Below are positions 62,976-64,000 of a DNA stretch of 64,000 nt, in pieces. The position numbers and the translations under genes are program-made. The notes beneath the pieces are model-generated. The model saw only the letters and a list, made by a program, of their open reading frames with translations, was not told where the DNA came from and did not search any database. The stretch spans positions 879,692 to 943,691 of the forward strand of contig JAXHMJ010000002.1 of the NCBI GenBank assembly GCA_034521575.1. The letters are read 5' to 3'. Each line of letters begins with the position of its first letter. The first letter of the stretch is position 1. Source of the DNA: Candidatus Zhuqueibacterota bacterium (GTDB lineage: Bacteria > Zhuqueibacterota > Zhuqueibacteria > Residuimicrobiales > Krinioviventaceae).

Positions 62976-63470
62976 ATGATCAGGTATCTTTTTTCCGGCA
63001 GTATTGTGATTCTGCTACTCCTCTCCTTTGCTGTTGACCCTGAAAAATCAAAACGGGCATTGCGCATCGCTTTCAAACGCTTTATTTCAATCCTGCCACT
63101 GTTCATCATGGTGATTCTGCTCACATCGATTGTTCTGGGATTTGTCACGGAATCGACAATTCAGAACGCACTCGGGTGCGCTGCAAACCGCTGGACAGCC
63201 ACTGCGGTATCCGCATTGCTTGGTTCATTTGCGATAATGCCGGGATTCATCGCCTTCCCTCTGGGTGCGATTCTCAGGAACAGCGGAGTGCTTTATATGG
63301 TGATTTCGGCATTCACCACAACTCTGATGATGGTGGGTATAATCACCTTTCCCATTGAAAAAGCCTTTTTGGGAATGCGGGTGGCGATCGTTCGCAATAT
63401 TCTTGGATCGATCACTGCCCTGCTTGTCGCTGTCGCTACCGGTATTGCCTTTGGCGAGGTCGGGTTTTGA
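62976..63470 (+). CDS. predicted permease (DUF318/ArsP-like), first of two adjacent half-size genes
   Basis: Four to five transmembrane helices. The start is taken at MIRYLF. The stop overlaps the next ORF start (TTGA). Confidence 0.45.
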   Translation: MIRYLFSGSIVILLLLSFAVDPEKSKRALRIAFKRFISILPLFIMVILLTSIVLGFVTESTIQNALGCAANRWTATAVSALLGSFAIMPGFIAFPLGAILRNSGVLYMVISAFTTTLMMVGIITFPIEKAFLGMRVAIVRNILGSITALLVAVATGIAFGEVGF

Positions 63471-64000
63471 AAAAACAAATCCTGTTCACAAGCGTGGTGG
63501 TTGCTTTTATCGCTTTTGCCTGGTTTTCATATGCAGCGGATATTCCGGCCGGACGCCGTGCGCTTACCGGATTGGTTGATTTTGCAACGCAGATGGCCAT
63601 TCTGCTGCCGGCCGCATTCGTACTGATCGGATTGTTTGAGGTGTGGATCAAAAAAGAAACCGTGGAGCGTTATTTCGGCGAGAAAACCGGATTCAGATCT
63701 TATCTTGTGGCCATTGTTCTGGCCGGAATCACAATCGGCGGACTCTATGTGGCGTTTCCACTGGCGTATACATTGTACAAAAAGGGAGCAAAGCTGGCGG
63801 TGATATTTACATACATTACCGCCTCTGGAATCTGTAGAATTCCGATGACCATTTTCGAAGCTTCTTTTCTCGGCATAAAGTTTACCCTGATACGTTTCGC
63901 TGTATCACTACCGCTGGTCATTCTGACATCATGGGGGCTCGGATATGTTCTGCAAAAGCGCGGCTATGCGCTGAAATCTCCGGGAAATGAGTCATTGCAG
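63466..64000 (+). CDS. predicted permease (DUF318-like), second half-gene. The 3' end lies outside the window.
   Basis: Open frame to the window end with multiple transmembrane helices (…LVAIVLAGITIGGLYVAFPLAYTLY…). A TTG start is assumed. An alternative ATG lies at 63594. Confidence 0.4.

Noticed and set aside
1-64000. CRISPR arrays
   Set aside because: I found no regularly spaced direct repeats of 25-40 bp. The only spaced repeats are the three IS21-type copies at 29117-29307, which have irregular ~80-bp spacing and lie within an IS end.

Overview
This window is a 64 kb chromosomal segment from what looks like an FCB-superphylum bacterium. The evidence is a canonical type IX secretion (T9SS) C-terminal sorting domain, TonB-dependent receptors with a carboxypeptidase-regulatory-like N-terminus, DUF4249 pairing, and a GEVED-domain giant protein. 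I found no rRNA, tRNA or CRISPR array.

Gene content, in order along the window:
- 1-3.9 kb (+ strand): pyruvate dehydrogenase E1 tail, E2 and E3.
- 4-8.4 kb: an AIR-synthase-related protein, a short-chain dehydrogenase, a sigma-70 region-2-only protein and a frameshifted glycerol-3-phosphate dehydrogenase (glpD).
- 8.6-21.5 kb (- strand cluster): nikR, a TonB-dependent receptor, a small membrane protein, a second TonB-dependent receptor, a DUF4249 lipoprotein, a small ORF, and a 1,975-aa secreted GEVED-repeat protein with a T9SS sorting domain.
- 21.5-28.5 kb: a MEMO1 homologue, a lytic transglycosylase with a LysM domain, a SWIM-finger protein, a TPR lipoprotein, a ROK kinase, YciH/SUI1, and a patatin-like phospholipase.
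- 28.4-42.4 kb: an accessory, mosaic stretch. It holds an IS21-like element (istA/istB plus two accessory ORFs and three 25-bp direct repeats), a porin, a DUF2254 protein, a HEPN/MNT toxin-antitoxin pair, a GC-rich gene remnant, a truncated TldD/PmbA fragment, an HTH-EIIA regulator with a CPA antiporter/CBS gene, and an IS1380-family element with clear inverted repeats and a 5-bp target-site duplication.
- 42.9-57.3 kb (- strand housekeeping block): uvrC, a nitroreductase, a ClpX-like ATPase, nadC, a 1,225-aa TPR protein, uvrD, mltG, a CPBP protease and polX.
- 57.4-58.7 kb: an IS4-family element with perfect 18-bp inverted repeats and a 9-bp target-site duplication.
- 58.9-64 kb: a large secreted protein, an endonuclease/exonuclease/phosphatase-family lipoprotein, and a permease pair.

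A pervasive feature is that at least 15 genes are broken by single-base frameshifts, mostly at homopolymers. The two reading-frame halves join into perfectly sensible proteins, so this is either uncorrected long-read homopolymer error or, less likely, real decay. Gene models here are given as joined frames. I did not find a clear-cut novel defence system. The most unusual candidates are the four-gene IS21-like element, the GEVED giant protein cluster, the region-2-only sigma protein, and the structured GC-rich non-coding blocks at IS insertion points.
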